Source: a virus. From it: DNA of 64,000 nucleotides. Below, piece after piece: positions 27,494-38,182 of this stretch. The DNA lies in the IMG/VR virus record IMGVR_UViG_3300025121_000886, positions 1 through 64,000 of that record; one strand, 5' to 3'. How positions within the stretch are numbered: position 1 is the stretch's first letter; each line of letters starts with the position of its first letter. The notes beneath the pieces were generated by a model. It saw only the letters and a program-made list of their open reading frames with translations, was not told the origin of the DNA and did no database searches. The position numbers and the translations under genes are program-made.

Positions 27494-28450
27494 TTAAGGT
27501 ATTCTTGTGTAATTATCATATCCTTGAACCAGACGGCATGTCAGGTCATGACTTATTAATATTCCAGAAGGTCTGTTAGATTTAACCTCTGTGACTTTCC
27601 ATCTCTGGCCTTCTTCTAAATTACTTGCTTTATCTGTACTTTTTACAACCATAAAATCTTCAGGTGTCACCACAGATATGGTGCTATCTAACCAGGGAGA
27701 TATTGTATTTATTGATTCAAAAATACCGAATTCTGCTAATGTTTTACTCTCAGAATATGTAGGAACATCCGCTTTTATGGTAATATCTTCTCGTATTCTA
27801 TAACGAATATAAATATTGTTTAACAATGGTAAATTTATTTCTGGATTTATCCTTTTAAAGGTAATCCTCATCGTGAGCTTGTTTTGTGTCAGAAGACTTT
27901 CTAAGTTTTCATGGTTTAATGTTAGCCATCTAACACCTGTTTGGTCATAAATTTCAAATATGAGGCTATTACCTTCTTCTAAATTACCGGTGTAGGTGTC
28001 TATACTTTCTACAATCCCCACATTTTTTCTTATGGGTATATCTGTGACAATATAACCTTTTGTTGCTGTTCCTAATAAAGAAAAAGGAACAGGTCTCATT
28101 TGTAGAGAATAATCTGGTATCACATTTACCATGACAGTAGATGGGGATGTTACATCAATTATTTCTGTTAAACAACCAAATTTATTATAGCCACCAACCA
28201 ACCCCACACCCCAGCAAGCTGTACATAATGAATCTGGACCTGCTTCTATACCCCAACATGAACAACGTCTTCCTGATAATAATCGTTGATAGAAATGAAA
28301 TAAAACCTTATCGGTATCTACCACAGACATATTTCTTTCTTTAACAATAGGCAATAACTGTTCCTTCATTATCTTTCGAGCATTATACTCTGTATCTAAC
28401 AAAGGGTTTGTTGCACGAGTTCTTGTTTCTATATATTCTTTAGTTGCCAT
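27494..28450 (-). CDS. Probable neck/head-closure protein with Zn motif
   Basis: GRRCSCW...CTACWGVGLVGGY and C-terminal RWKVTEV, typical of large-myophage neck proteins. Confidence 0.6.
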   Translation of the reverse strand: MATKEYIETRTRATNPLLDTEYNARKIMKEQLLPIVKERNMSVVDTDKVLFHFYQRLLSGRRCSCWGIEAGPDSLCTACWGVGLVGGYNKFGCLTEIIDVTSPSTVMVNVIPDYSLQMRPVPFSLLGTATKGYIVTDIPIRKNVGIVESIDTYTGNLEEGNSLIFEIYDQTGVRWLTLNHENLESLLTQNKLTMRITFKRINPEINLPLLNNIYIRYRIREDITIKADVPTYSESKTLAEFGIFESINTISPWLDSTISVVTPEDFMVVKSTDKASNLEEGQRWKVTEVKSNRPSGILISHDLTCRLVQGYDNYTRIP

Positions 28451-28558
28451 TGTAATCGTTATTGTTGTTTATATTGGTATTAAGAATTAATTGATAATTA
28501 ATCTAACTTCTAAAATAATAACCTTGATCCTATTTTATTTAGTGTTACGAGTATATCT

Positions 28559-29164
28559 ATGAAAAAATCGGTGAGAATTCTTAATATAGACCTGATAGAT
28601 AAAGACAAAAAAGATGTATTTTTGAGAAAAATTACAGATATTGTGGAAAAGATAGGTGCATCGATACCATTTTTTAGATCATTGATAATAACGGGTGTTG
28701 ATAGCGATAAATTATTTTCTATTTATGGTGATGTAGAGATACCTGCAAAGAGAATAAACGAGACGGTGGAAACAAGAGAATTTACAATAGACATCTTGAA
28801 AGAATTTGGCTTTGTTTCAGATTTGCAGAGTAAAAATACTTATGGTAAGTATACTCGTATGCAAGAATGGAAGAATGTTTGTCATAAAAAAGAAGGAGTT
28901 CAAATTCCTCTAGATGAAGATAAATTATTGTATGTGGGGAAAGCTTGGTCTGATACTTTTGCAGAGATGATGCTTCCTCTATTTGGAATAGAACAAACTC
29001 TTGAGGTTAACAAACAAAGATTTTTATTGAGTTTTTATTTGAAGAACATAAAGCCGATCATACCATCGCTTGATTTCTTAAAATATACAACCATGATGTT
29101 TGATCCTGATCTAACAGAGGAGGAAACCGATGATATATCTTTTTCTAGGAAGATAAGGGGTTAA
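28559..29164 (+). CDS. Hypothetical protein upstream of the terminase
   Basis: 201-aa ORF; position compatible with a small terminase but no motif support. Confidence 0.6.
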   Translation: MKKSVRILNIDLIDKDKKDVFLRKITDIVEKIGASIPFFRSLIITGVDSDKLFSIYGDVEIPAKRINETVETREFTIDILKEFGFVSDLQSKNTYGKYTRMQEWKNVCHKKEGVQIPLDEDKLLYVGKAWSDTFAEMMLPLFGIEQTLEVNKQRFLLSFYLKNIKPIIPSLDFLKYTTMMFDPDLTEEETDDISFSRKIRG

Positions 29165-29168
29165 TTTT

Positions 29169-31421
29169 ATGAAAAGAAGACAAAATGATCAAGATCAAGA
29201 TATAGATTATGAGCTTCATGATTTTAGCAAAGATTTTCCAGATTATGCTAAAAAATCGGATACTCGAAGAAAAGATGGATCAGAGGTATTCGATCCAGAA
29301 AAGATGGTTGATGAGGTTATCAAACACGGTTTTGATTCTTCTGTATTATCTGAAATTGATGATTCTTATTTTAGAAATAGACGTGCTAAAAATGTTTTGG
29401 ATTGGATTACCCAAAAAGAATATCTAGGGATAGCAACAGTATACCCCGTACAGGTAATGGCTTTATTGAAATTGTTTGCTGATTACTGCCCTAAATGTTC
29501 TGACTATAATTTTCTCAATAATCTTTTTGATGAAAGTCTCGATGAAATAAGAGATAGAGTGCAGGTTTTTAAGGATGGTATATGCCCAAAATGTCATAGC
29601 ACAAGACTTGATTTTATGCCTGATTATAACCCTAATGCTCGAAAAGATTATTTTTTACCAAAACCCATAGAACTCGTGGGTGTAGCAGGTCAACGTTCTG
29701 GAAAAACTTTTCTTGTGGCCGCAGCAGCTACTTATGTAGAGCATCTTTTTGTAACCCTGCCTTTTCCAGCAAATTATTTTGGTCTAGGAAGTAGTACTAC
29801 ATTTTATATGACATTTTGTGCTGTTACGGCTACACAAGCATATGATAATTTATGGAATGAGTTTAAGGGGATGTATCTTGATTCTTCTTGGTTTAAAGAA
29901 TATAACCGATTTTTAATAGAGCAATCTAAACGTTTGGGTGTAAACCCACTGGTCCGTATTTTGGATGCAGCCATTATTTATGTTAATAAGCGTATTTCAT
30001 CCTCCGTAGCAGCCGCAGATACGAGGGCTCTTCGTGGTTATACTAGATTTTTTGCAGCAATAGACGAATTGGGCTGGTTTGATGCAGAAGCATCCAGCCT
30101 AAAGATAAAAGCCAATGCTAATGGTACCTATGCAGCTTTATCACATTCACTTCTTACCGTAAGAACTTCAGCTAATTATCTTATGACCAGAGGTGTTGTA
30201 AATCCTCCTACCGGATACATGTGTAATGTGTCTTCTCCAAGTTGTGTTAATGATAAAATAATGCAACTTCTCAGGAGAAGTGATTTCGATACTACAAAGA
30301 CAGCCTTTCATAAAGCCACCTGGGAGATGAATCCTAGAATAAAAGAGAATGACCCCGATCTACAAGCAGAAAGAGAGGAGAATGAGGCAGACTTTGACCG
30401 TGATTATAGGGCGACTCCCCCAATAACAACAAATCCATTTATACCAGTTGGAACTGCTTTAAGCAATGTTTATAAATTTATTGATGAGGATGTAAATCCA
30501 GCAATAATATTGCCTGTTCTTTATCAAGATATAGATGGAGATAAAGGTGGTGGAGCACAGTTTTTATATTCAGAACTTCCAGAAATGCTAAATCTAGATA
30601 GGTCGGTACCTCGTTGTTTGGCCGTTGATGCTGGTGAGACAAATAACAGTTATGCTCTAACATTATTATCATTTTTACCGCACACAACGGTGGCTGTACC
30701 CGATCTCTTGATGGAATTATCCCCAAAATATCATAAACCTGAGGGGATGCCTGTTAAATTGGTGGTTAAATTTTCTTATGTTTTCGACTATGTTATAGAA
30801 CCCTTGGTTAGATCATTAAATATAGTACATGTATTATTTGATAGGTGGAATTCAGCACAACAAATATCAGAATTAGAGGATATTGTAGCAGATGCTGGTA
30901 AAAAGACTATTGTGACAAGACATTCTCTTGATTGGCAAGATATGAAAGGAGTTAGAGACAAAATAATTATGGGGAATGTCCGATCTTCAAAACCCCAAAT
31001 GAGTTTTGAGGAAGCAATGAGAAATCCAGAAAATGTGGCTATGAAGGATCCTTTGGCTCATTTAATTTATCAGGTATTTGCCGTTAGAAACGTTGGTCAC
31101 AAAGTGTATAAACCTATGAGTGGTACTGATGATCTCTGGAGATGTTTGGCTCTTGGGGTTAGATTTATGTTTCATGTTGATAGGAGAGAGGGGGATAATT
31201 CAGAGTTATATTTAAACTCTGGCTCAGTTGAATATAATAGACGAACCCCAAAGAGAGATAATAGAATTATCACTGTCTCTAGAAGCAATTATCTTTCTAA
31301 TAGAGACAAGTTTCATAATAATAAAGGTGTTAACACAACAGTTTTGAGGACATCTTCCAGCATAAGACGAGAAAGTCCTTTTATATCGGTTATTAATAAT
31401 GAATATTATAACAATAGATAG
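29169..31421 (+). CDS. terL: Terminase large subunit
   Basis: Walker A AGQRSGKT, Walker B AAIDELGWF, VSSP, ATWEMNP, nuclease LAVDAG...FDRWNS...TDDLW; two CPKC motifs in the N-terminal part. Confidence 0.92.
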   Translation: MKRRQNDQDQDIDYELHDFSKDFPDYAKKSDTRRKDGSEVFDPEKMVDEVIKHGFDSSVLSEIDDSYFRNRRAKNVLDWITQKEYLGIATVYPVQVMALLKLFADYCPKCSDYNFLNNLFDESLDEIRDRVQVFKDGICPKCHSTRLDFMPDYNPNARKDYFLPKPIELVGVAGQRSGKTFLVAAAATYVEHLFVTLPFPANYFGLGSSTTFYMTFCAVTATQAYDNLWNEFKGMYLDSSWFKEYNRFLIEQSKRLGVNPLVRILDAAIIYVNKRISSSVAAADTRALRGYTRFFAAIDELGWFDAEASSLKIKANANGTYAALSHSLLTVRTSANYLMTRGVVNPPTGYMCNVSSPSCVNDKIMQLLRRSDFDTTKTAFHKATWEMNPRIKENDPDLQAEREENEADFDRDYRATPPITTNPFIPVGTALSNVYKFIDEDVNPAIILPVLYQDIDGDKGGGAQFLYSELPEMLNLDRSVPRCLAVDAGETNNSYALTLLSFLPHTTVAVPDLLMELSPKYHKPEGMPVKLVVKFSYVFDYVIEPLVRSLNIVHVLFDRWNSAQQISELEDIVADAGKKTIVTRHSLDWQDMKGVRDKIIMGNVRSSKPQMSFEEAMRNPENVAMKDPLAHLIYQVFAVRNVGHKVYKPMSGTDDLWRCLALGVRFMFHVDRREGDNSELYLNSGSVEYNRRTPKRDNRIITVSRSNYLSNRDKFHNNKGVNTTVLRTSSSIRRESPFISVINNEYYNNR

Positions 31422-31433
31422 GAGAATATTATC

Positions 31434-31808
31434 ATGCAAAAATTAATAGACATTGTTTATAGAGCAGTCACAGGATCAAAAGCAGAGGTTATATATCGAG
31501 AATTGAAAGGAATGGGATATCCAGATAAAATAGAGGACAAGGAAGTTTCAGATATTGTTGCCATGTCTAAAGAATTAGATAATTCAGAAACCGAGCGTTT
31601 ATCTTCTTTTGATAAATTGATGAGAACTTCTAGCAAAACATCAATTCTCGGTTCAGATAAATTTAATTTTATTTTTGACAATGAAAATAAAAGCACTAAA
31701 GCATGTAAAAACTGTGGTGGTGGGCTAAGTTCGATATCTTTAGCCTCCCAGAAAGCGGCATTATATTGTGAGGTGTGCAAAATAGCTTATAACCCAGAAG
31801 CAATTTAA
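31434..31808 (+). CDS. Zn-ribbon protein between terminase and portal
   Basis: CKNC...CEVC; AGGAG RBS. Confidence 0.65.
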   Translation: MQKLIDIVYRAVTGSKAEVIYRELKGMGYPDKIEDKEVSDIVAMSKELDNSETERLSSFDKLMRTSSKTSILGSDKFNFIFDNENKSTKACKNCGGGLSSISLASQKAALYCEVCKIAYNPEAI

Positions 31809-31818
31809 GGTTAAATTT

Positions 31819-33786
31819 ATGTTTTCTAAAAAACAGCATAATAGATATGGATCGGCCTCTTATGGATCTAAAGATGTAAGGAGAGGGTCTTATAATATCA
31901 ATCGTTTTAATCCACAACGGTTTTCCCTAGAAGCGGGTTCTATCGTAGAACAGTCTCTTCCTAGAGACCCCGTGGGCTTAAATAAATTACACAAAATGAT
32001 TTATTTAAGGGGGTCAATAGCTGGACCAGCCGTTGATCTGTATAAGACACTTCCTTGGTCTGATTGGACTATCTCCGGTTTGAAAGATCCCAAAATAAAA
32101 CGTATTTATGAAGATTGCTTAAATGCTTTAGATGTCAAGGGGTTGATGCCTCATATAACTGGTGAATATTTAATTTTTGGTAGAAGTATTGTTTCATTAT
32201 TGTTTGATGAGACAAAGGGGTATTTTACAAGTTCAATAGTACAAGATCAAGATTTTTGTAGGATAACACCAATATTTGTCGAGGGATTTGACCCTAAAAT
32301 TGATGTTATGCCTACACCGGGGATGAGACAATTTATAGCCTCAAAGGATCCCAGAGATTTAGAGGCTAAAAAACGTCTTCCTAAAGAATTGTTAAAGCAA
32401 CTTCGAACAAATAGCTATATACCTTTAGAACCGGCTAATACTTTATTTTTACCAAGAAGAGCATTTGGTACAGATCATCTAGGAACTTCTTATTATTCTA
32501 GATTGATAGATACCTGGGCTTTAAGGGTGGGTTTGATAAATGCTCAATTAATACAGGTTAAAAGAAGAGCTGGTGCTATTCGTCATGCAGTTGTTGGCAC
32601 GGATAATTGGGAGCCAAATTCAGATGAGATGGAAGATATTGCGGGTACAATTTTGCAAGCAGATGAAGATCCTGTTGGGGCAGTTATTGTCACCAGACAG
32701 GGTGTAGAAATAGGGGAGGTTCCTGGTGCTGGCGGGGGTGCAGTATGGAAAATGGCTGATGAATGGTCATACATTATGGAGACAGAACTTAGATCTTTAG
32801 GTTTAAGTGAAACTTTTCTAACGGGTGATGCTACTTATGGTCAATTAGAGATGGCAACATCAGCTTTTGTAGAACAATTACTTGCCCTCAGATGGTATTT
32901 AACCAAGAAAACTATTATTGATAAAATATTGACGACTGTAGCTAGAGTCAACCAAATATATAAAACTACATCATCTGAGCTGGATTTAGGTATAAGGACA
33001 AGTGTGTCTTTACGTGCTAAAACTGAAGAAGTTGGTTTTGAGGATTTGTTGTTACCGAGGTTTGAATGGAATAAGAAATTTAAACCAATTTCTGATGAAA
33101 CTTATATGGGTATTTTAGGTACTATGGAAGAGAAAGGTCTTCCTGTAACACTTCAATCGTGGGCAACAGCTGGTGGATTTGATATAGATAGAGAAATGGA
33201 TCTGTTACCAGAAGACATTAAATTAAGAAAAAAAGTCTCTGAGTATAAAAAGAAAATACCTAATTCGGGCGGTGATGATGAATTCGGTGGTGGAGATTTT
33301 GGAGGGGGTGGGGATGAGACAGAAGCTTCTCATAAATTACAGTCCAAAGATCCTATGTGGAAAAATGGAAAATTTATAGATTTAGACATCAACACTTTTT
33401 CTAATATTTTAGCAAGAAGCTTTACAAGTAAAGAGTTACAGGAATTGTCCGCAAAAGATAATAGAAAGGAGATAATTTCTGAAAAAATAGGTCAGAGAAA
33501 TGCTGAATTATCTGAAGTGATGTTAATGCGCTTAGGTGTTTTTAAACCAAGAGAAATTTCACCCGAGATAAATAATGAAGTTGTTAGGTGGATTATTGAT
33601 TCAGATATATCAGGACAAGAGATGCTTAGAGAGTTATATAAATTATCTAAGATAAGTAGAAATGGTAAAACTGTTTCATCGAGAGAAATGTCCGGTTTGT
33701 TGTCATCAGCTGCATGTACCTGTGGTAAAGAAATTGGTGATCAGCCTGATAAATCTCATTTATTGTTGTCTGGTGCAATAGATTAA
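31819..33786 (+). CDS. Portal protein
   Basis: 655 aa after terL; IAGPAVDLY, EYLIFG, LGLSETFLTGDATY, PRFEW. Confidence 0.82.
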   Translation: MFSKKQHNRYGSASYGSKDVRRGSYNINRFNPQRFSLEAGSIVEQSLPRDPVGLNKLHKMIYLRGSIAGPAVDLYKTLPWSDWTISGLKDPKIKRIYEDCLNALDVKGLMPHITGEYLIFGRSIVSLLFDETKGYFTSSIVQDQDFCRITPIFVEGFDPKIDVMPTPGMRQFIASKDPRDLEAKKRLPKELLKQLRTNSYIPLEPANTLFLPRRAFGTDHLGTSYYSRLIDTWALRVGLINAQLIQVKRRAGAIRHAVVGTDNWEPNSDEMEDIAGTILQADEDPVGAVIVTRQGVEIGEVPGAGGGAVWKMADEWSYIMETELRSLGLSETFLTGDATYGQLEMATSAFVEQLLALRWYLTKKTIIDKILTTVARVNQIYKTTSSELDLGIRTSVSLRAKTEEVGFEDLLLPRFEWNKKFKPISDETYMGILGTMEEKGLPVTLQSWATAGGFDIDREMDLLPEDIKLRKKVSEYKKKIPNSGGDDEFGGGDFGGGGDETEASHKLQSKDPMWKNGKFIDLDINTFSNILARSFTSKELQELSAKDNRKEIISEKIGQRNAELSEVMLMRLGVFKPREISPEINNEVVRWIIDSDISGQEMLRELYKLSKISRNGKTVSSREMSGLLSSAACTCGKEIGDQPDKSHLLLSGAID

Positions 33787-33944
33787 TTTCAACACAGTCT
33801 CCTTTATTCCTCTTAAATATCTTTATTAGTCACCTCAAATGTTAAGACCTTGATTAATTCTTTTCTTAATAATTACAATATTAAAGACAAACACTAAGTT
33901 TTAATAATTATGTGATATGTGTTTTTAAAAAAGCGAGTGATTTC

Positions 33945-34694
33945 ATGAGCTATATGAATTTAGATAGATCAGGTTTTCAAGTTACAGGTGAATATCAATT
34001 ATCCACCCAAATGTTCGAAGGATATAAATCAGAAATACAATCCAAAAGCGATGGAACAAGAGTGGCTGTAGCTAAAGCAGATGGTATAGAATATGTATTA
34101 GATGTAGATTGGTTAAGAGCCGCATCGAAAACTTATCAAGTTTCAGATAATATTAAGGATTTTGTCTTTGTGGAAGTCCCTGGATTGACAATAGATATCC
34201 CTAATAGAAATATGGATGAGTTTGGTTATGATGTTGTGACAGAGTTTTCTCCCAGATCAGGACGTTTTGTATTTAGAACATTTGTGGGAAAACCAACTTG
34301 CAAAGACCATAATAATAAAGATGTCACAAAAGCCGTGGGTATAAATTTTGATTCTTTTTTGGTGCCCTGGTCTAATGGTTATTATAAGATAAAAACCTTG
34401 TCTGGTTTTGACCGGAGTAAGGACAGTATTCTTGCAAATGAGATACTTACCAAAAAAAGAATTGGTTATAGCATGGGAGCTCTCGTTGGTGAGAGCCGTT
34501 GTTCTATATGCAATGCAGTTTCATGTGTTCCTGCTCACAAACAGTGCATACACTTCCGCAACTATGGGAAGGGCAAACTTTTCCAGGGGAAGTTAATATA
34601 TGATAGATGCAGATATGTTGAATTTATAGAGATGAGTTCTGTTCTGGACCCCGCTGACGTAACAGCCGTGGAAAATAAGCGGGTTTGGGAATAA
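33945..34694 (+). CDS. Prohead maturation protease (HK97/assemblin-like)
   Basis: PNRNMDEF, TFVGKPTCKDH (His), GYSMGA (Ser), CSIC...C.H, FIEMSSVLDPAD. Confidence 0.8.
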   Translation: MSYMNLDRSGFQVTGEYQLSTQMFEGYKSEIQSKSDGTRVAVAKADGIEYVLDVDWLRAASKTYQVSDNIKDFVFVEVPGLTIDIPNRNMDEFGYDVVTEFSPRSGRFVFRTFVGKPTCKDHNNKDVTKAVGINFDSFLVPWSNGYYKIKTLSGFDRSKDSILANEILTKKRIGYSMGALVGESRCSICNAVSCVPAHKQCIHFRNYGKGKLFQGKLIYDRCRYVEFIEMSSVLDPADVTAVENKRVWE

Positions 34695-34748
34695 AAATTT
34701 TAGAATGAATAATTTTTCCACAAAACAATTATTAAGGAGTAATTACTA

Positions 34749-36137
34749 ATGATAACAAAATCTCCCGAGAACCTCAGAGAGTCAAGATTACAAAGGTTGG
34801 CTAATTATAATAGCCAAAAAAACGGGGTGGGAGGCAAGGATCAGAGGTCTGCAACAGGTTTTCCTATGAAATCAGTTACCTGGGACCCCGAGAAACAAGC
34901 CCCATCTTCTTCTGATTACTATGGAGCACCTCCTGATGCAGGTTTTGGTTATGGTGCTGCAAAGTGTACAGGATGTTCTAAAGTTATGGCCATTAGGTTG
35001 AAACCTCGTGATATGGGTATTGTACCAAAAGGAACACCTATTGTTAGCGAGAATTCTCAACCAGCTATTTATGAATCTTCTTTTTGCCCAGAGTGCGGGA
35101 ACGAACTTGAAGTCGTTTCTGAACTTAAGGGGTTTATGCCCTCTGTTGATAAGTCAATAACTTATGGGAAATGTTCTGTTCATGGGGAACAGGTTACAGC
35201 GAATTCTAATGGTAAAGAAAAGTGTGGTTTTTGCACAGCTTGTGGTCAACCGGTTAATGCTATTGAAGCATCGTTTACACAATTTATTCCTTTTCTTGAA
35301 AAAGCTCCTGAGAAAATTGCAGCAAATCAAGTATCAATGCAACTTTTCAACAAAGATAGCAAGGATCCTCACTGGGTTATTATGTTATCGGGTGATCCCT
35401 ATGCTAAAGTAACTCTTTCTGAACAGTCAAGACCAGATGAGATTAGACCTATGTTTGTCTCTGAATCTTATAGAGATACAGTTTTAGAAGCATTGACAAA
35501 GATGCCAAGTTCACAGGTATTTGCTTCTATTAAAGCTAAGGTTTATTCAACTGTTATAGATAAAGAATCTTTGGCTGGTTCTATTAAAGATAGACTTCTC
35601 AAAGAAGGAAATAAAAAAATTCATCGCATGGTTGAAAGACATAAATCATGTTTAAATCTTGCCATTGAAGCAAGTTACAAGAATTATGATATTGATAACC
35701 CTTTAAAAGCAGCTATTTGTCAAACATTGATAGATTTTGGGATTGATAATGCTCATCGTCATGTAGAGGCTTCTTTCAAGATTGGTTTCAAACCATTTAT
35801 AGATAAAATATTCGCCCTTGCCGAAAAGTATTCTAAGATGAGCGATGAAGGTCTTGAACATTTCGCTACCCTCTTAAGAGAATCTTCTGTCAGATTACCT
35901 GAAGATGTTATTGCTGAATCTTCTAGTGATGGAATTACTGCCAATTTTCAACCTGAGATAGTAATTTCTAATACTGAAGAACAAGATTTAAAACACAGAC
36001 TTACTAATGGAAATTTTCCAATAAGGATACAGGGAAGTAGAGACAATGCTCCAGCGTCTCTTAAAGACGATATCAGAGGAAAACTCCATCTTAATAAAAA
36101 GATGTATATGATCGAAGAATTGGACGAAGAAAAGTAG
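34749..36137 (+). CDS. Scaffold/core-like head protein with N-terminal Zn ribbons
   Basis: Between protease and capsid; CTGC, CPEC, CSVH, CTAC; helical C-terminal half. Confidence 0.55.
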   Translation: MITKSPENLRESRLQRLANYNSQKNGVGGKDQRSATGFPMKSVTWDPEKQAPSSSDYYGAPPDAGFGYGAAKCTGCSKVMAIRLKPRDMGIVPKGTPIVSENSQPAIYESSFCPECGNELEVVSELKGFMPSVDKSITYGKCSVHGEQVTANSNGKEKCGFCTACGQPVNAIEASFTQFIPFLEKAPEKIAANQVSMQLFNKDSKDPHWVIMLSGDPYAKVTLSEQSRPDEIRPMFVSESYRDTVLEALTKMPSSQVFASIKAKVYSTVIDKESLAGSIKDRLLKEGNKKIHRMVERHKSCLNLAIEASYKNYDIDNPLKAAICQTLIDFGIDNAHRHVEASFKIGFKPFIDKIFALAEKYSKMSDEGLEHFATLLRESSVRLPEDVIAESSSDGITANFQPEIVISNTEEQDLKHRLTNGNFPIRIQGSRDNAPASLKDDIRGKLHLNKKMYMIEELDEEK

Positions 36138-36242
36138 AGTTGTGTTTTAACTTAAATTAGTTGTGATGAAAAATGAAACAAGATAGTTATTTAAGCAGAA
36201 AAGATAAAAGATAAATCTTTTCTCAATATAAGGAGATTAAAA

Positions 36243-37004
36243 ATGTATGATCTGAGAAAATCATGGTTTTCTAATAAGACTGAAAAAAGAGTGAGCCCTG
36301 GAAATAGTTTTACAGAGGAAGGGCAATGTGCTGTATTAGATACGGCTGTGACCTATGAGTGTTATAAACAGAGTGCAGCTATGACTGATCATTTTGGTGG
36401 GTTTGCCTTGATTGATACTCAAAGTTATTCGGTTATGCCTAGAGTTGAAGATAAAACAGTTCCATCTTCTGGAACATTGACGGTACAGATGGATAAAACA
36501 ACCCCAGTACTGGCCTCTGTATCTATTCTGATAACTTATACAGATGGTACTACCGGATGGATGGTATATGACGCCACACCAGATGATCCTGCGGACTATA
36601 ATATTTCTGCATCTGGTCTCTTAACTTTTTATGATGATGTTTTAGTAAAAGGTGCAACGGTTAACATTCGTTATAAATACAGTCTTACTGTTGAGGAAGC
36701 TAATAGACTTTATTGGGAACGGTCAGTTAATAATAAAGCATCAGCAACTCTTGGGCAGTTTACATTAGGTTATGGTGAAGGTGAGATATTTACATCTGAG
36801 TATTATTCAGCTGCTGAAACTTCAACTGCTAATGCTAATTTTACAGCAGTTGGGAATTATGTAACCATCGGTGCATCTGGACTTATTGTTCCTTATGAAA
36901 ATACGCTTGCTAATCGAGTGAATGCAATCGGTTATGTTATTAAACCCCCTACAGCTTCCGACCCTCTTCTCGGGATACATTTTAGATCATATAGGGTTGT
37001 ATGA
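36243..37004 (+). CDS. Probable capsid decoration/head structural protein
   Basis: EEGQCAV...GYVIKPPTASDPLLGI decoration-like ends with an internal beta insert; AAGGAG RBS. Confidence 0.6.
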   Translation: MYDLRKSWFSNKTEKRVSPGNSFTEEGQCAVLDTAVTYECYKQSAAMTDHFGGFALIDTQSYSVMPRVEDKTVPSSGTLTVQMDKTTPVLASVSILITYTDGTTGWMVYDATPDDPADYNISASGLLTFYDDVLVKGATVNIRYKYSLTVEEANRLYWERSVNNKASATLGQFTLGYGEGEIFTSEYYSAAETSTANANFTAVGNYVTIGASGLIVPYENTLANRVNAIGYVIKPPTASDPLLGIHFRSYRVV

Positions 37005-37051
37005 TGATAGGATAAGATAGAATTTGCTTAATGATTTTATATAGTTTCAAC

Positions 37052-37084
37052 GGCCAATTTAATGTTGTAACCATTAAATTGGCC
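37052..37084. repeat. Perfect 13-bp inverted repeat (hairpin)
   Basis: GGCCAATTTAATG-ttgtaac-CATTAAATTGGCC, intergenic, no 3' U-tract on either strand. Confidence 0.8.
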
Positions 37085-37135
37085 ACAAAAAATCATTGAT
37101 GTCTTAAGATTCTTTTTACAGATATGAGGTTTGAG

Positions 37136-38053
37136 ATGAATATCAAAAAAATTTTCAATGCATTGGGTGATATGCATATAGTTTCAGCCAGACTCAAGAC
37201 TCGCGGAGAAGATGGGTTAGCTTCTCGTATAGAACGTCTTGCAGATAAGATGCTGAATGAGGTTGTTGATGAAGATGAAGCTTCAGACGACCGAAAGAAT
37301 AGAGTAGCATCTATGTTTGAAGAGGGAGTCACACCAGAATTTGTAGATGCAGAAGACAGTTATTCTGGCGATGATTATTTAGAAGAATATCCCATAGACG
37401 ACGAAGAATATATTGATGAGGAGTCTCCCGTTGAAGATTTATCGTTAGATGAGTACCCGGTAGAAGACGAAGGTTTTATCGATGAAGAACTCCCGGTTGA
37501 AGATGAATATTATGAAGATGAAGACCTTAATCTTTCTGATGAATATGCTACAGAAGACACATTTTCTGAAGACGAATATTTAGGAGACAATTATTCAGAA
37601 GATGAATATCCTATAGAGGATGAGAATTTAGATTATAATGATAACGAGGATTTTGATCTTGAGAGTATTGATCTTCAAGCCAGTAGAGTATTTGATGTTT
37701 CTGGTAGAAGGATAAGATCGTCAGCTGATCTTAGAACAGCTGAAGTAGATTTTACTCAAAGTGAGTTTATTACAGCAGCAGGAAAAAAACCGAGTAGATC
37801 TGAAGTTGCCCGTTCTTTTAGAAAGATGAAACAAAAAAAGGGAAAAAAAAAGACTTATGTCTGTTGTGAGAAACCTAGATTAAAGACCACTCTTAGCGGT
37901 GGGAAAAAGATATGGTATTCAAACTGCAAGTATAAAGCAAAATCTTCAACTGGAAAACCAATGTTAGCAAGTGTTTTTCGAGTTGTAGGGAAGGACCCTA
38001 GAAAAAAACCCAGATTTATCATGATGCATAATAAAAAAATGAAGTATTGTTAA
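37136..38053 (+). CDS. Tagged bipolar acidic/basic internal head protein
   Basis: IVSARLKTRGEDGLASRI tag, long D/E/Y repeat region, Lys/Arg-rich C-terminus; lies just before the major capsid gene. Confidence 0.6.
   Translation: MNIKKIFNALGDMHIVSARLKTRGEDGLASRIERLADKMLNEVVDEDEASDDRKNRVASMFEEGVTPEFVDAEDSYSGDDYLEEYPIDDEEYIDEESPVEDLSLDEYPVEDEGFIDEELPVEDEYYEDEDLNLSDEYATEDTFSEDEYLGDNYSEDEYPIEDENLDYNDNEDFDLESIDLQASRVFDVSGRRIRSSADLRTAEVDFTQSEFITAAGKKPSRSEVARSFRKMKQKKGKKKTYVCCEKPRLKTTLSGGKKIWYSNCKYKAKSSTGKPMLASVFRVVGKDPRKKPRFIMMHNKKMKYC
37381..37630 (+). repeat. Degenerate coding tandem repeat (EYPxEDE units)
   Basis: EEYPIDDEEYIDEESPVED / DEYPVEDEGFIDEELPVED / DEYPIEDE. Confidence 0.65.
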
Positions 38054-38182
38054 CGTCTCAATTTTTGTAATTTTAGGATTAGAGTTATATAGCTGTGAGG
38101 CGAGTCCACGTTTGATTTATATATTAGCTTTTATCTAAGGATTTCAGAAAATGAGCAAAATAAATATTAGGAGATTTATATA

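Noticed and set aside
38054-38182. Structured RNA leader before the major capsid gene
   Set aside because: Only weak, G-U-rich pairings could be drawn by eye; not supportable without folding and covariation analysis.
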